Assembly (NCBI GenBank): GCA_039961895.1
Contig: JABRVU010000157.1
Span: 1-51,771 of the forward strand
From: Phycisphaerae bacterium
GTDB lineage: Bacteria; Planctomycetota; Phycisphaerae; UBA1845; PWPN01
Length of the DNA: 51,771 nt
Reading direction: 5' to 3'
In this document: piece after piece, positions 1 through 7,790 of the stretch
How positions within the stretch are numbered: the stretch's first letter is position 1
Layout of the letters: every line of letters begins with the position of its first letter
The notes under the pieces: model-generated
What the model was told of the DNA's origin: nothing
The model's input: the letters and a program-made list of their open reading frames with translations, nothing else
Database searches by the model: none
Program-made: the position numbers and the translations under genes

Positions 1-80
1 TCGGTACATTCCGTCCGGCGCACCGCCACCTACGACATCACGTATCTCGTCTGATTCTTTCCTCTGACGATGCTCTCCCG

Positions 81-404
81 TGCGAAGGGTACCCTTCGCA
101 AACCGCGAAGGACCTTCGTACCCGTAAACCTCGTCATATCAAGCTGTTGAGCCGACACTGCGAAGGTGCGAAGGGTTTCAGGGGTTCATCCCCTTACTCA
201 GAAAAAAATACCGCATGTCGTGATCCCGTGTCTCCCGAGGGATCACCGCTTGTTTTTTTTCGGTCCGCGCGGGAGTGACCCTCTCTACATCCTTCGCACC
301 TTCGCATTCTTTATTCATATCTATCAGCAATATCAATCAGCTACGGCACTGCGAAGGTTCCTGCGAAGGTTCGAACCGCATTCATCGACCTTCGCACCTT
401 CGCA
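81..404. repeat. Array of 12 copies of the octamer TGCGAAGG / CCTTCGCA arranged as six adjacent pairs
   Basis: Read directly. Inverted pair 81-100 (perfect 20-nt palindrome TGCGAAGGGTACCCTTCGCA). Degenerate inverted pair 104-120. Direct pair 159-174 (+). Direct pair 291-306 (-). Direct pair 350-369 (+, inside the tandem CTGCGAAGGTTC x2 at 349-372). Direct pair 389-404 (-). An AT-rich stretch lies at 305-345. Confidence 0.9.
220..260 (+). terminator. Rho-independent terminator-like hairpin with T8 tract, inside the octamer array
   Basis: Stem GTGATCCC (220-227) pairs with GGGATCAC (239-246), 11-nt loop, then CCGCTTG + T8 (253-260). An A7 run at 202-208 lies upstream, so it may act bidirectionally. 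Confidence 0.5.
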
Positions 405-406
405 TC

Positions 407-437
407 CCGACGGCAGGGACCCCGCTCCGGTAGGTAT
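407..437 (+). promoter_or_regulatory. Bipartite motif copy a: CCGACG-N18-TAGGTAT
   Basis: CCGACG 407-412, 18-nt spacer ending CTCCGG, TAGGTAT 431-437. It ends 4 nt before ATG 441. Confidence 0.6.
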
Positions 438-440
438 CCC

Positions 441-1331
441 ATGAACGGAAACCACCCGATTGGAGCAGAGAACGTGAGCCTTCTCGAACTCATGATGCAA
501 CAGACCGCCGGAGGATCAGCCCCGGTCGATACGAGCAACCCGTCGGTCGATGTCTCCAAGCCGGAGACATCGGAACCGGCTGAGCGCAACGGTCCGCAGG
601 AAACCGCCGATCCCGACGGCACCGCCCTCTATGCGGCCACGAATCTGGACTCCTGGGAAACCGACAAACCTCGATACTTCGCGCGGGACGTGGGCATGGA
701 CGGCGTCTGCTATCGCCGTCTGGACCCGGAATACTACGCTTGGCTCCGGCACAAGATGGCGCTGGCCAAAAAAGCGCTGGAGGCAGGACGACTCGATTCC
801 GCCGCCTTCGACGGATTGCGAACCCGCTTCAACGAAATCCATGCATGGGCGGTCGCACGTTTCGGTGAGAACGAGCTTCTCGCCGCCGTTCGGAGCCTCG
901 ATCCCAAGGCATATCCTCCGCCGGCGATTGACCCGGCCGCCCAGAGCCGTCCCGCTTGTGCCGCACCCGTCTCTCCGGTTGCATGTCCCCCTGGACCGGC
1001 TGTCGAGCAATACCTTTACCCCAAGGACGGGGAGTGGCGTTTTACGGAGAAGGTCCCGCAATCGGCCATCGACAAGGTCGATGCCATCCGCGACCAGGCG
1101 CTCTCCCTCGACTGGTCCGAGGCGCGGCTCTATCAGAACCGGGGACGGTTCCGCTTCCCCTGCGGCGAAGACTACGGACTCGTCTGTTTCGTCGATGCCA
1201 ACGAACGCATCGGCCAAGTGACCCGGCAGTACATCGAGATCGTCGGCCCGCCACCGCGGGAGAACCGTCTTCGTTTTCACAACCCCGACGTGGATCAACC
1301 ATGGCTCAAGAGAACGAATCCGGAAACATGA
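441..1331 (+). CDS. Hypothetical protein (296 aa), no family recognised
   Basis: ATG-initiated ORF with high third-position GC. Its stop overlaps an in-frame ATG of the next gene (ATGA at 1328-1331). Confidence 0.6.
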   Translation: MNGNHPIGAENVSLLELMMQQTAGGSAPVDTSNPSVDVSKPETSEPAERNGPQETADPDGTALYAATNLDSWETDKPRYFARDVGMDGVCYRRLDPEYYAWLRHKMALAKKALEAGRLDSAAFDGLRTRFNEIHAWAVARFGENELLAAVRSLDPKAYPPPAIDPAAQSRPACAAPVSPVACPPGPAVEQYLYPKDGEWRFTEKVPQSAIDKVDAIRDQALSLDWSEARLYQNRGRFRFPCGEDYGLVCFVDANERIGQVTRQYIEIVGPPPRENRLRFHNPDVDQPWLKRTNPET

Positions 1332-1594
1332 AACGGCCCTACGCCAATGCCAGGGACGTTCTGCCGTCCGAGGTGCTCGACACCGTCCGGCGGCATTTCA
1401 CCGGTCTCCTCTGGGTGCCGAGCGACGTGGGTTTTTACGAGGAACGCCGCAAGCTCGTATTGGCGCTCAAGGGACAAGGCGTGCCTACCCGCGAAATCGC
1501 CCGGTTGTCCGGCGTCACATCGCGCCGGGTGCGCCAGATCGTGGCTCAGAGCCGCGAGGAATCCATCCCGACGCATCGCGATCCGCTCCGGTAG
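1301..1594 (+). CDS. Small HTH protein, Mor/C-like transcriptional activator candidate
   Basis: Lower part of ORF 956-1594. ATG at 1301; alternative ATG at 1328 in an ATGA overlap with the upstream stop. C-terminal HTH-like stretch: GQGVPTREIARLSGVTSRRVRQIV, preceded by LLWVP...YEERRKLVL, which resembles the Mor family layout. Confidence 0.55.
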   Translation: MAQENESGNMKRPYANARDVLPSEVLDTVRRHFTGLLWVPSDVGFYEERRKLVLALKGQGVPTREIARLSGVTSRRVRQIVAQSREESIPTHRDPLR

Positions 1595-1598
1595 ATAT
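1568..1598 (+). promoter_or_regulatory. Bipartite motif copy b: CCGACG-N18-TAGATAT
   Basis: CCGACG 1568-1573, spacer ends CTCCGG, TAGATAT 1592-1598. The TAG at 1592-1594 is also the stop codon of the HTH gene. Confidence 0.6.
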
Positions 1599-1672
1599 CG
1601 AGGGAGGTTCCCCTGAAGAGGGCGAAATCCGCCTTCCGCCCCGAACCCCGAGATGCCGAAACGAAAAATGCG

Positions 1673-2209
1673 GTGACCATGGCAGACGACCAGGCCCAAG
1701 ACGGGATCGGAAAACACGACGCGGGTCAGCTCAAACGCTGGCACCGCAACGCTGCGTCCGAGCAGGAGGTCCGCAAGACCGCCAAAGCACGGACCGGCAG
1801 CGGCGCGGCTCCGGGCAACCAGAACAGCCTGCGCCACGGCATCTACGCCGACCGCTTTCTCTCCCCGGAGGAGCGACCTCTCTTCGAGGCCATCATCGGC
1901 CAGCTCTACCAGGACTTCGTGTTCAACAAGAGCTCGGACTTCATGCAGGTCGAGCTGGTGGCGGTCTACTTCCTCAAGCTGGGCCGGGCGCAGGAGTCCG
2001 GCGACTGGGACGCCGCCGAGCGGCTGGACCGGATGATCCGCTGCCACCTCAAGGACCTCAAGGCCACCAAGATCGCCCGTGAGGGTGAGGCATCCCAGGG
2101 ACCGGAGACGACGCCGGCTGAGTGGGCCACGGCTCTGCTTGAGAAGCTGGCGGAGTCGCAGAAGAAACCGGCCCGGAAAACGACCGCAAGAGGGAAAACA
2201 CGGAAATGA
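1673..2209 (+). CDS. terS: Putative terminase small subunit
   Basis: GTG at 1673 or ATG at 1679. Contains PGNQNSLRHGIYA, a GNxNxxxHG motif I associate with small terminases, plus a basic C-terminal tail. Sits in the packaging region, but 2.4 kb upstream of terL. Confidence 0.45.
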   Translation: MTMADDQAQDGIGKHDAGQLKRWHRNAASEQEVRKTAKARTGSGAAPGNQNSLRHGIYADRFLSPEERPLFEAIIGQLYQDFVFNKSSDFMQVELVAVYFLKLGRAQESGDWDAAERLDRMIRCHLKDLKATKIAREGEASQGPETTPAEWATALLEKLAESQKKPARKTTARGKTRK

Positions 2210-2473
2210 GGTCGGATAACACCACCACCCGCCATGCAGCGACCCGCGAAACACGCGGACTTGCGGCCAGCGCCGGCCTGGGAATGTCGGATAAGACGTG
2301 TTCTCTGACATTCCGAAGCCGCCGGTCGGCGGAAGGTTCTGTCAATCAATGCTTCCGCCCGGCATCTCAAGGCTTCGATGCCGCCCGCATCATTGCCTGC
2401 GGATGTGTTCGGGGACGCGACTGTAGGCTGACTGTCTCTTTCCTCTGTCATTGCCTGTCCGAAGGCGGGAATG

Positions 2474-2497
2474 GAAAAGCGGCCCGGGTGGACCGCT
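2474..2497 (-). terminator. Weak terminator-like hairpin downstream of the recombinase gene
   Basis: On the minus strand: AGCGGTCC-ACCC-GGGCCGCT (one G-U pair) followed by TTTTCC. Begins 24 nt after the stop at 2521. Confidence 0.35.
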
Positions 2498-2520
2498 TGG
2501 CTTCCATGGTCGGCGGCGGA

Positions 2521-3480
2521 TCAGAGACGCTCGAGGGCGTCCTCCAGCGCGCCGTCCACAAGGTGGGTGTAGACCTGGGTGGTCGACAGGTCCCGGTGAC
2601 CGAGGGCCCGCTGGACCACCAGGATATCTCCGGTCCGGCTGTAGAGGTGGGTGGCGAAGGTATGCCGGAGCGCATGCGGGCTGAGCTTCTTGTCGATGCC
2701 TGCGGCCTTGAGCCAATACTCGAGCCGCCTGGCCACCTGCCGCTCGCAGAGTCGCTCCCCGCGGTTGGAGAGGAACAAAGCCCGGCATTCGCCGTCGCCC
2801 CGGCGTCGGCGCTCGACCAGGTAACTCCGCAGGAGGGATCGCAGAGTGGACTTTAGAAACTTCACTTGCGGGACGGAGCCCTTGGCGAGCACGCGGAGAT
2901 GCTTGGCGTCGAGGTCCACGTCCTCGATGTCAAGGTCGACGAGTTCCTGCAGCCGGATGCCGGTCCCGAGGAAGACCTCGATGATGACGCGGTCCCGGAC
3001 TGCCAGCGAGGATGCCCTGCCGCGAAGTTCCTTGAGCAGACGGCGCTTCTCGGCCTCGGTCAGAAACTTGGGGGGAGTCCGGGGAAGCCTGCGAAGGGTC
3101 AACGACCCGGCCGGATTCTCCCGGACGATTTCGTTCCGCTCGGCCCAGGTGAAGAACGACCGGACGGCCGCCTTGAACCGGTGCATGGACGCCGGCGACC
3201 GGACGCCGCCTCCGGCCGAGGTCGTCACCTGCGGTGAGGTCAACGCCTCGTCGATCATGGGGCTGGTCACCTCCTCCGGGACGATCCCCGGATGCCCCCG
3301 GAGGAGCGCCTCTGACAGGTACGAGAGGTCGCGCAGGTATGCGCTGATGGTGTTCTCCGAACGCCCTTCGGCCGCGAGCCTCCTGCCGAAGGCTTCCAAG
3401 GCTTCGGTGAAACCGGGCCGCGCGCTGGAAGGCTCAGGACTGCTCAGCAGCCGGAGACTCGATGGCGTCGTGTTCGTCAT
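2521..3480 (-). CDS. Tyrosine recombinase, XerC/XerD/phage-integrase family
   Basis: Full catalytic signature: Arg in TGIRLQE, HALRHTFATHL (HxxR), LGHRDLSTTQVYTHL (His...Tyr). The N-terminal core-binding region ENTISAYLRDLSYL is present. Confidence 0.9.
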   Translation of the reverse strand: MTNTTPSSLRLLSSPEPSSARPGFTEALEAFGRRLAAEGRSENTISAYLRDLSYLSEALLRGHPGIVPEEVTSPMIDEALTSPQVTTSAGGGVRSPASMHRFKAAVRSFFTWAERNEIVRENPAGSLTLRRLPRTPPKFLTEAEKRRLLKELRGRASSLAVRDRVIIEVFLGTGIRLQELVDLDIEDVDLDAKHLRVLAKGSVPQVKFLKSTLRSLLRSYLVERRRRGDGECRALFLSNRGERLCERQVARRLEYWLKAAGIDKKLSPHALRHTFATHLYSRTGDILVVQRALGHRDLSTTQVYTHLVDGALEDALERL

Positions 3481-3835
3481 TACGCTCTCCTCCTTTCTTG
3501 GCGCTCCGGCCCATGGGCGTGTCCTTGGGCAGGGGCAGCTTGTCGATGCGGCCGGTATCCTTGGCCCAGATCAGAAACATGCGGAGCACCCGCTTGGTCT
3601 TTTCGACCGTGGGCACGGAGCGCTCCCGCCCGTTGGGCAGCTTGAGCAGCGCATCGGACTTGAAGAATTTTCCCACGTGCGGAATGAGGACGCTGGACAG
3701 CTTGCGCTCCGCACCGAAGAAGGCCTCGATCTGCTCGAAGTCCTTGCCGTAGGTGTAGAGCGTCCGCTCCTTTTTCCCCTGGGTCCGCAGGTGTTCCAGA
3801 TAGGCCTGGGCGGCCTGATGCAGGGTCTCGTTCAT
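3434..3835 (-). CDS. Stand-alone integrase core-binding (SAM-like) domain protein
   Basis: 133 aa. AQAYLEHLRTQGKKERTLYTYGKDFEQIEAFF...TVEKTKRVLRMFLIWAKDTGRI resembles the N-terminal domain of tyrosine recombinases. Overlaps the recombinase start by 47 nt. Confidence 0.55.
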   Translation of the reverse strand: MNETLHQAAQAYLEHLRTQGKKERTLYTYGKDFEQIEAFFGAERKLSSVLIPHVGKFFKSDALLKLPNGRERSVPTVEKTKRVLRMFLIWAKDTGRIDKLPLPKDTPMGRSAKKGGERNDEHDAIESPAAEQS

Positions 3836-4053
3836 GATTCGTTCTCCTTTCGTTTGTTGAGTTCAGGTTTCCCGGACCGGATGGTCCCGGCGTCGAAAAC
3901 GCGCATTCGGCACCTCCTTTCAAACGGCTCAAGTCCTTGTAAATCAAGGCGCTGCGCACATTCACATACAGGCTTCGTGTGCGCCGGAAGTCAAGGCGTT
4001 CCATGCACATTCCAGAGAAACAATCAGGCCCGGGGCGGGCCGGGAGGGGAATC

Positions 4054-4344
4054 ATGAGAAGACAGGTCGAAACGATCCTGAAGGCGCTGTTGGCAGCGAG
4101 TCTGGCGGCATCCCTGCTGGGTTGCGCCGCTGCCAGACCGCCTCAGCGGATTCAGGACGCCATTCACACGGCGAACCGCTATATGCCCGAGTACGTGGCC
4201 GAGGCCAACAAAGCCCTGGCCGACGCGGAGCACCCGGACCGGGAGCGCCTGGTCGGCATCGGTGACCGGTTGGCCGAGGTATTGGACGCCATGGACCGTT
4301 GGGCGTCGAGGCAGGAAAAAACGCCGGAGGAGGACAAGCGATGA
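4054..4344 (+). CDS. Small lipoprotein (96 aa)
   Basis: ATG 4054 preceded by GGGAGGGGA. Signal peptide with lipobox: LAASLAASLLGC. Confidence 0.6.
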   Translation: MRRQVETILKALLAASLAASLLGCAAARPPQRIQDAIHTANRYMPEYVAEANKALADAEHPDRERLVGIGDRLAEVLDAMDRWASRQEKTPEEDKR

Positions 4345-4619
4345 AGGAAATCCTGGAACGGAACAGCGAGGCCGTCCGCGAGGCTGGACGGCAACTGGTC
4401 GAGATCGGTGCGGAGCTGGCTGCCGGGAAAATCGACGATGCCCTGGCCCGGCTCGATACCGCACGGCAGGCTTACCCCGAGTGGGAGGAGCTCGATCAAG
4501 CCGCGGCTGATATCGAAGGGGTGATCCGCGACCGCGAAGGAATGCTCGCCGTCCAGCACATCCTGGCCGAGATCATCGGCACGGTCCTCGGGTCGGCCTT
4601 GAGGTCGAGGCTGCCCTGA
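4341..4619 (+). CDS. Hypothetical helical protein (92 aa)
   Basis: ATGA overlap with the upstream stop. Its TGA overlaps the terL ATG by 1 nt (TGATG), so it looks translationally coupled on both sides. Confidence 0.5.
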   Translation: MKEILERNSEAVREAGRQLVEIGAELAAGKIDDALARLDTARQAYPEWEELDQAAADIEGVIRDREGMLAVQHILAEIIGTVLGSALRSRLP

Positions 4620-6145
4620 TGGCCCGGATATCCGCCAAGGAGCGCAAACTGGCGGAGACCCTGGCGGACCCGGTCCTCTGGGGGCAGGGATACCTGCGCA
4701 ACCGCGACGGGGGACAACGGGTCTACTGGCCGCACCAGGCGGAAGACCTGCTCTGCCCGGACAAAAATATCATCCACCTGGACGGACGCGACGTGGGCAA
4801 GAGCGTCTGCATCACCACCGATGCCCTGCATTTCGCCTTCACCAACCGAGGCTGCCAGGGACTCGTCGCCGCGCCCCACCAAGGGCATCTCGACACGCTG
4901 ATCGAGGAGATCGAATTCCAGCTCGACGCCAACCCGGACCTCATGGTCAGTGTGGCTCTCACCAAATACGGCAAGCCCAAGATTCACCGCAAACCATACT
5001 TCCGGCTCGAATTCACCAACGGCGCGATCCTCTACTTCCGTCCCGCCGGGGCTTACGGCGACGCTTTCCGCTCGCTGCATGTGGACCGGGTCTGGGTGGA
5101 CGAAGGGGCTTGGCTCACCGAGCGGGCCTGGAAAGCCCTTCGCCAGTGCCTGAAGTCGGGCGGCAGACTGCGCATCTATTCGACGCCCAACGGGCTGCGT
5201 GACACGACCTATTACCGCTTGACCGGCTCGACCCAGTTCCGGGTGTTCCGCTGGCCTTCCTGGCTGAACCCGGCGTGGACCCAGGAGCGGGAGGCCGAGT
5301 TGCTGGAGTTCTACGGCGGCCGGGACAGCGCGGGCTGGCAGCACGAGGTGGCCGGCGAACACGGCAAGCCTTCATACGGCGCGTTCAACATCGAGCACCT
5401 CAATCTCTGCCGACAGGATGTGGTCGAGTACCAGAAGGTCGTCGTCACCGGCGGGGAACTGCGTGGCTGCGCCACCGAGGAGGAATCCCACGACCGCCTG
5501 GAGATGCTACTCAATCTCATGCCGCGGACCGGCGTCTTCTGGATCGGAGGAGACTTGGGATACACCAACGACCCGACCGAGATCGTCGTGTTCCAGGAGA
5601 TCGAACTGCCCGAGCGCAGGATCGTCAAGCTGGTTCTGCGGGTCCGCATGGAGCACGTGGCCTATCCTCACATCGCCCAGACCATCGCGCTTCTGGACCG
5701 GTATTACACAGCCGCGGGCATCGGCGTGGACAACGGCGGCAACGGAATGGCCGTCGTTCAGGAACTGCTGACCCTGGACAAGTACAAAGACCTGGCTCTT
5801 CAGGGGCGGCTGCGCGGTTACGACTTCGGGGGCATGACCACCTTGGCCGTGCGCGACGGCCACGAGGTCAGGAAGCGGACCAAGGAATTCATGACCAGCC
5901 TTATCGCCGGGGCGCTCCAGCGACGTCAGCTTGTGTTCCCCATCGACGACCTGGAGATCGAGGATCAGTTCACCACCCACACCTACACGCTGCACGACGG
6001 GCGCATCGTCTATTCCAAGGGCAATGACCACATCATTGACGCCGTGCGCTGCGCCATGCTGGCCCGGGAGCAGTCCACCCTCAACCAAGTGGGCGAGGAG
6101 ACGGTCTCTCTGGTGCCGCTGACGACCGATCCGGTGTTCATCTGA
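4619..6145 (+). CDS. terL: Terminase large subunit
   Basis: 508 aa. Walker A-like LDGRDVGKS, Walker B VWVDEGAW, and a C-terminal nuclease-like region IGGDLGYTNDPTEIVVF ... DHIIDAVRCA. Confidence 0.85.
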   Translation: MARISAKERKLAETLADPVLWGQGYLRNRDGGQRVYWPHQAEDLLCPDKNIIHLDGRDVGKSVCITTDALHFAFTNRGCQGLVAAPHQGHLDTLIEEIEFQLDANPDLMVSVALTKYGKPKIHRKPYFRLEFTNGAILYFRPAGAYGDAFRSLHVDRVWVDEGAWLTERAWKALRQCLKSGGRLRIYSTPNGLRDTTYYRLTGSTQFRVFRWPSWLNPAWTQEREAELLEFYGGRDSAGWQHEVAGEHGKPSYGAFNIEHLNLCRQDVVEYQKVVVTGGELRGCATEEESHDRLEMLLNLMPRTGVFWIGGDLGYTNDPTEIVVFQEIELPERRIVKLVLRVRMEHVAYPHIAQTIALLDRYYTAAGIGVDNGGNGMAVVQELLTLDKYKDLALQGRLRGYDFGGMTTLAVRDGHEVRKRTKEFMTSLIAGALQRRQLVFPIDDLEIEDQFTTHTYTLHDGRIVYSKGNDHIIDAVRCAMLAREQSTLNQVGEETVSLVPLTTDPVFI

Positions 6146-6159
6146 GAGAAACGACCAAA

Positions 6160-6183
6160 GCCTCCAGTGTTTTTCATGGAGGC
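6160..6183. terminator. Hairpin between convergent terL and ATPase genes
   Basis: GCCTCCA (6160-6166) pairs with TGGAGGC (6177-6183), 10-nt loop. On the minus strand it is followed by TTTGGTCGTTTCTC. Confidence 0.45.
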
Positions 6184-6279
6184 ATTCGATTTGACGAAAA
6201 TCCACAAAACCCAGCTTTTTCCCCGGATATCCCGTTTCGATGTCAAGTCCCGTCCCCGGTCAAAAGGAATCTCATGCAG

Positions 6280-7611
6280 CTATTCCGTCGATTCCGGGAG
6301 TTCGAGTAGGAACCGCCATGCCGGTACCACCTCGATGGTCCCGCCGCCGGCCTCGATCCGCTCGTCCTCGTTCCGGGTCACGATGGTTCCGGTTTTCAGT
6401 TTCAGTTCGGCCATCGCCTCACCCAAGGCCGCGGTCTCCCGTTTCCGCGTTTGCGGCTCCGCCAGGGACTCGCACACCTGGACCAGCATCTTGGGCCGGC
6501 CGCGCATCGGTACGATGAAATCGACCTCCCGGCCGGTCCTGGTCTTGTAATAGTAGATTTCCGGATGAAGACGCCGGAGCGTGGTGAACACGAGGTTCTC
6601 CAGGAGATGGCCGGAGTTGACCAGAATTCCTGACGACACCGAAGTGACCAGTGCGTGATCGATGCAGTAGACCTTTTTCGGATTGGTGTTGCTGCGCGCA
6701 AGGGATGGGTCGAATATGCGCACGGTGAACAGGAAATAGGCGTCCTCGAACCATTCCAGGTAATCCGACACCGCGGACTTCGGAGCCTTGTGGCCCAGCG
6801 ACTTGAGATAGCCCGTGAGACTGTTGACCGAGTAATGCGAGGCGGTGTTGTCCACCAGCCAGTGCGCCAGATCGGTCACCGCCTTCGGGTGTGAAACGTC
6901 GTGGCGCTCGACCAAATCCCGAAACAGGATGGTGTGGAAATATTCCTGGTGGGTCTTGATTCTTAAATGTCGGGAGAGACCGGCGACCTCTGGAAAGCCG
7001 CCGGTCTCCCAGTATTCCTCGAAGGCCTTCTGAACGAGGAGCCGCTTCTTCGTCGACAAAGCGCCCTCGCTCTCGATTCCTTTGTAGTCCAGGAATTCCC
7101 TGAACGAAAAGGGAAACATCTCCCACGAAAGCGCCCGCCCGCGCATTTGGGTTGCGATCTCCTTCGACAGCATCCGGGCCGACGAACCGGTCAGATACAC
7201 CTCGCATTTTTCCGTACGCATCAGGCGGTCGACGAAGGGTTCCCAACCGGGGGCGGCCTGAATCTCGTCAAAGAAGCAGTAGACTGTCTCGGTGTTTTTC
7301 TTCTCAGGATAGATGGAGTAATAGGCCTCGGCGATCAGGCCGAGATTGTCCTGCCGCAGGTTGTGGAGGCGGTCGTCGAAAAAATTCAGATACAGAATGT
7401 TCTGCCGGAGGACCCCGCCGTCCAACAGCCGCTGAATGACCTGAAACAGGTATGTCGACTTGCCGCTCCGGCGCACCCCGATGCAGACGGCGGCTTTGCC
7501 GTGAACCGTCTCGATACGCAAACGCCGGGGCACTCCGGTCTCCAGCCGGGTTTCCTGGAAGTCCAGGATGATGGATTTGATCGTTTCTATCATAAGGTCA
7601 CTCCTGGCCAT
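6280..7611 (-). CDS. AAA+ ATPase with C-terminal DUF4143-type domain (COG1373-like)
   Basis: ATG at 7611 (MARSDLMIET); the ORF extension to 7869 is discounted. Walker A GVRRSGKST, Walker B CFFDEIQ. C-terminal GREVDFIV...LVQVCES looks PD-(D/E)xK-like. Sampled lines are about 52% GC versus about 63% in neighbouring genes. Confidence 0.8.
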   Translation of the reverse strand: MARSDLMIETIKSIILDFQETRLETGVPRRLRIETVHGKAAVCIGVRRSGKSTYLFQVIQRLLDGGVLRQNILYLNFFDDRLHNLRQDNLGLIAEAYYSIYPEKKNTETVYCFFDEIQAAPGWEPFVDRLMRTEKCEVYLTGSSARMLSKEIATQMRGRALSWEMFPFSFREFLDYKGIESEGALSTKKRLLVQKAFEEYWETGGFPEVAGLSRHLRIKTHQEYFHTILFRDLVERHDVSHPKAVTDLAHWLVDNTASHYSVNSLTGYLKSLGHKAPKSAVSDYLEWFEDAYFLFTVRIFDPSLARSNTNPKKVYCIDHALVTSVSSGILVNSGHLLENLVFTTLRRLHPEIYYYKTRTGREVDFIVPMRGRPKMLVQVCESLAEPQTRKRETAALGEAMAELKLKTGTIVTRNEDERIEAGGGTIEVVPAWRFLLELPESTE

Positions 7612-7633
7612 GGTTCTTTCCGGTTTCAGCCTC

Positions 7634-7689
7634 ATCCGGAAATAAATATAGCCGGATAGGCCTGTGAGTGTCAAGGGATATTTCCGGAT
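7634..7689. repeat. Perfect 11-bp inverted repeat upstream of the ATPase gene
   Basis: ATCCGGAAATA at 7634-7644 and TATTTCCGGAT at 7679-7689. A third half-site-like CCGGATA lies at 7652-7658. Confidence 0.7.
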
Positions 7690-7724
7690 ACGGTCTGGCA
7701 TTCCCAGCCCGAACAACCCGCCCA

Positions 7725-7755
7725 CCGACGTTCCTTCCCCGCCTCCGGTAGATAA
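7725..7755 (+). promoter_or_regulatory. Bipartite motif copy c: CCGACG-N18-TAGATAA
   Basis: CCGACG 7725-7730, spacer ends CTCCGG, TAGATAA 7749-7755. About 36 nt upstream of the portal ATG. Confidence 0.6.
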
Positions 7756-7790
7756 CCCCAGGGGCGGGCTTTCCCCGCCACACGGCGCGA

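Noticed and set aside
152-157. An extra CCGACA box (GCCGACACT at 151-159) resembling the upstream half of the bipartite motif
   Set aside because: No TARRTAW box follows at the 18-nt spacing; the octamer pair 159-174 follows instead. It is not counted as an eighth copy.
81-404. Considered whether the octamer array is a CRISPR array or mini-satellite
   Set aside because: The repeat unit is only 8 nt, occurs in both orientations as adjacent pairs, and lacks regular spacers. That pattern fits protein-binding sites, not CRISPR.
2521-3835. Considered that 3434-3835 and 2521-3480 are one integrase gene broken by a frameshift (pseudogene)
   Set aside because: The 319-aa ORF already contains its own core-binding region and all catalytic residues. 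The 133-aa ORF is therefore an extra domain copy rather than the missing N-terminus.
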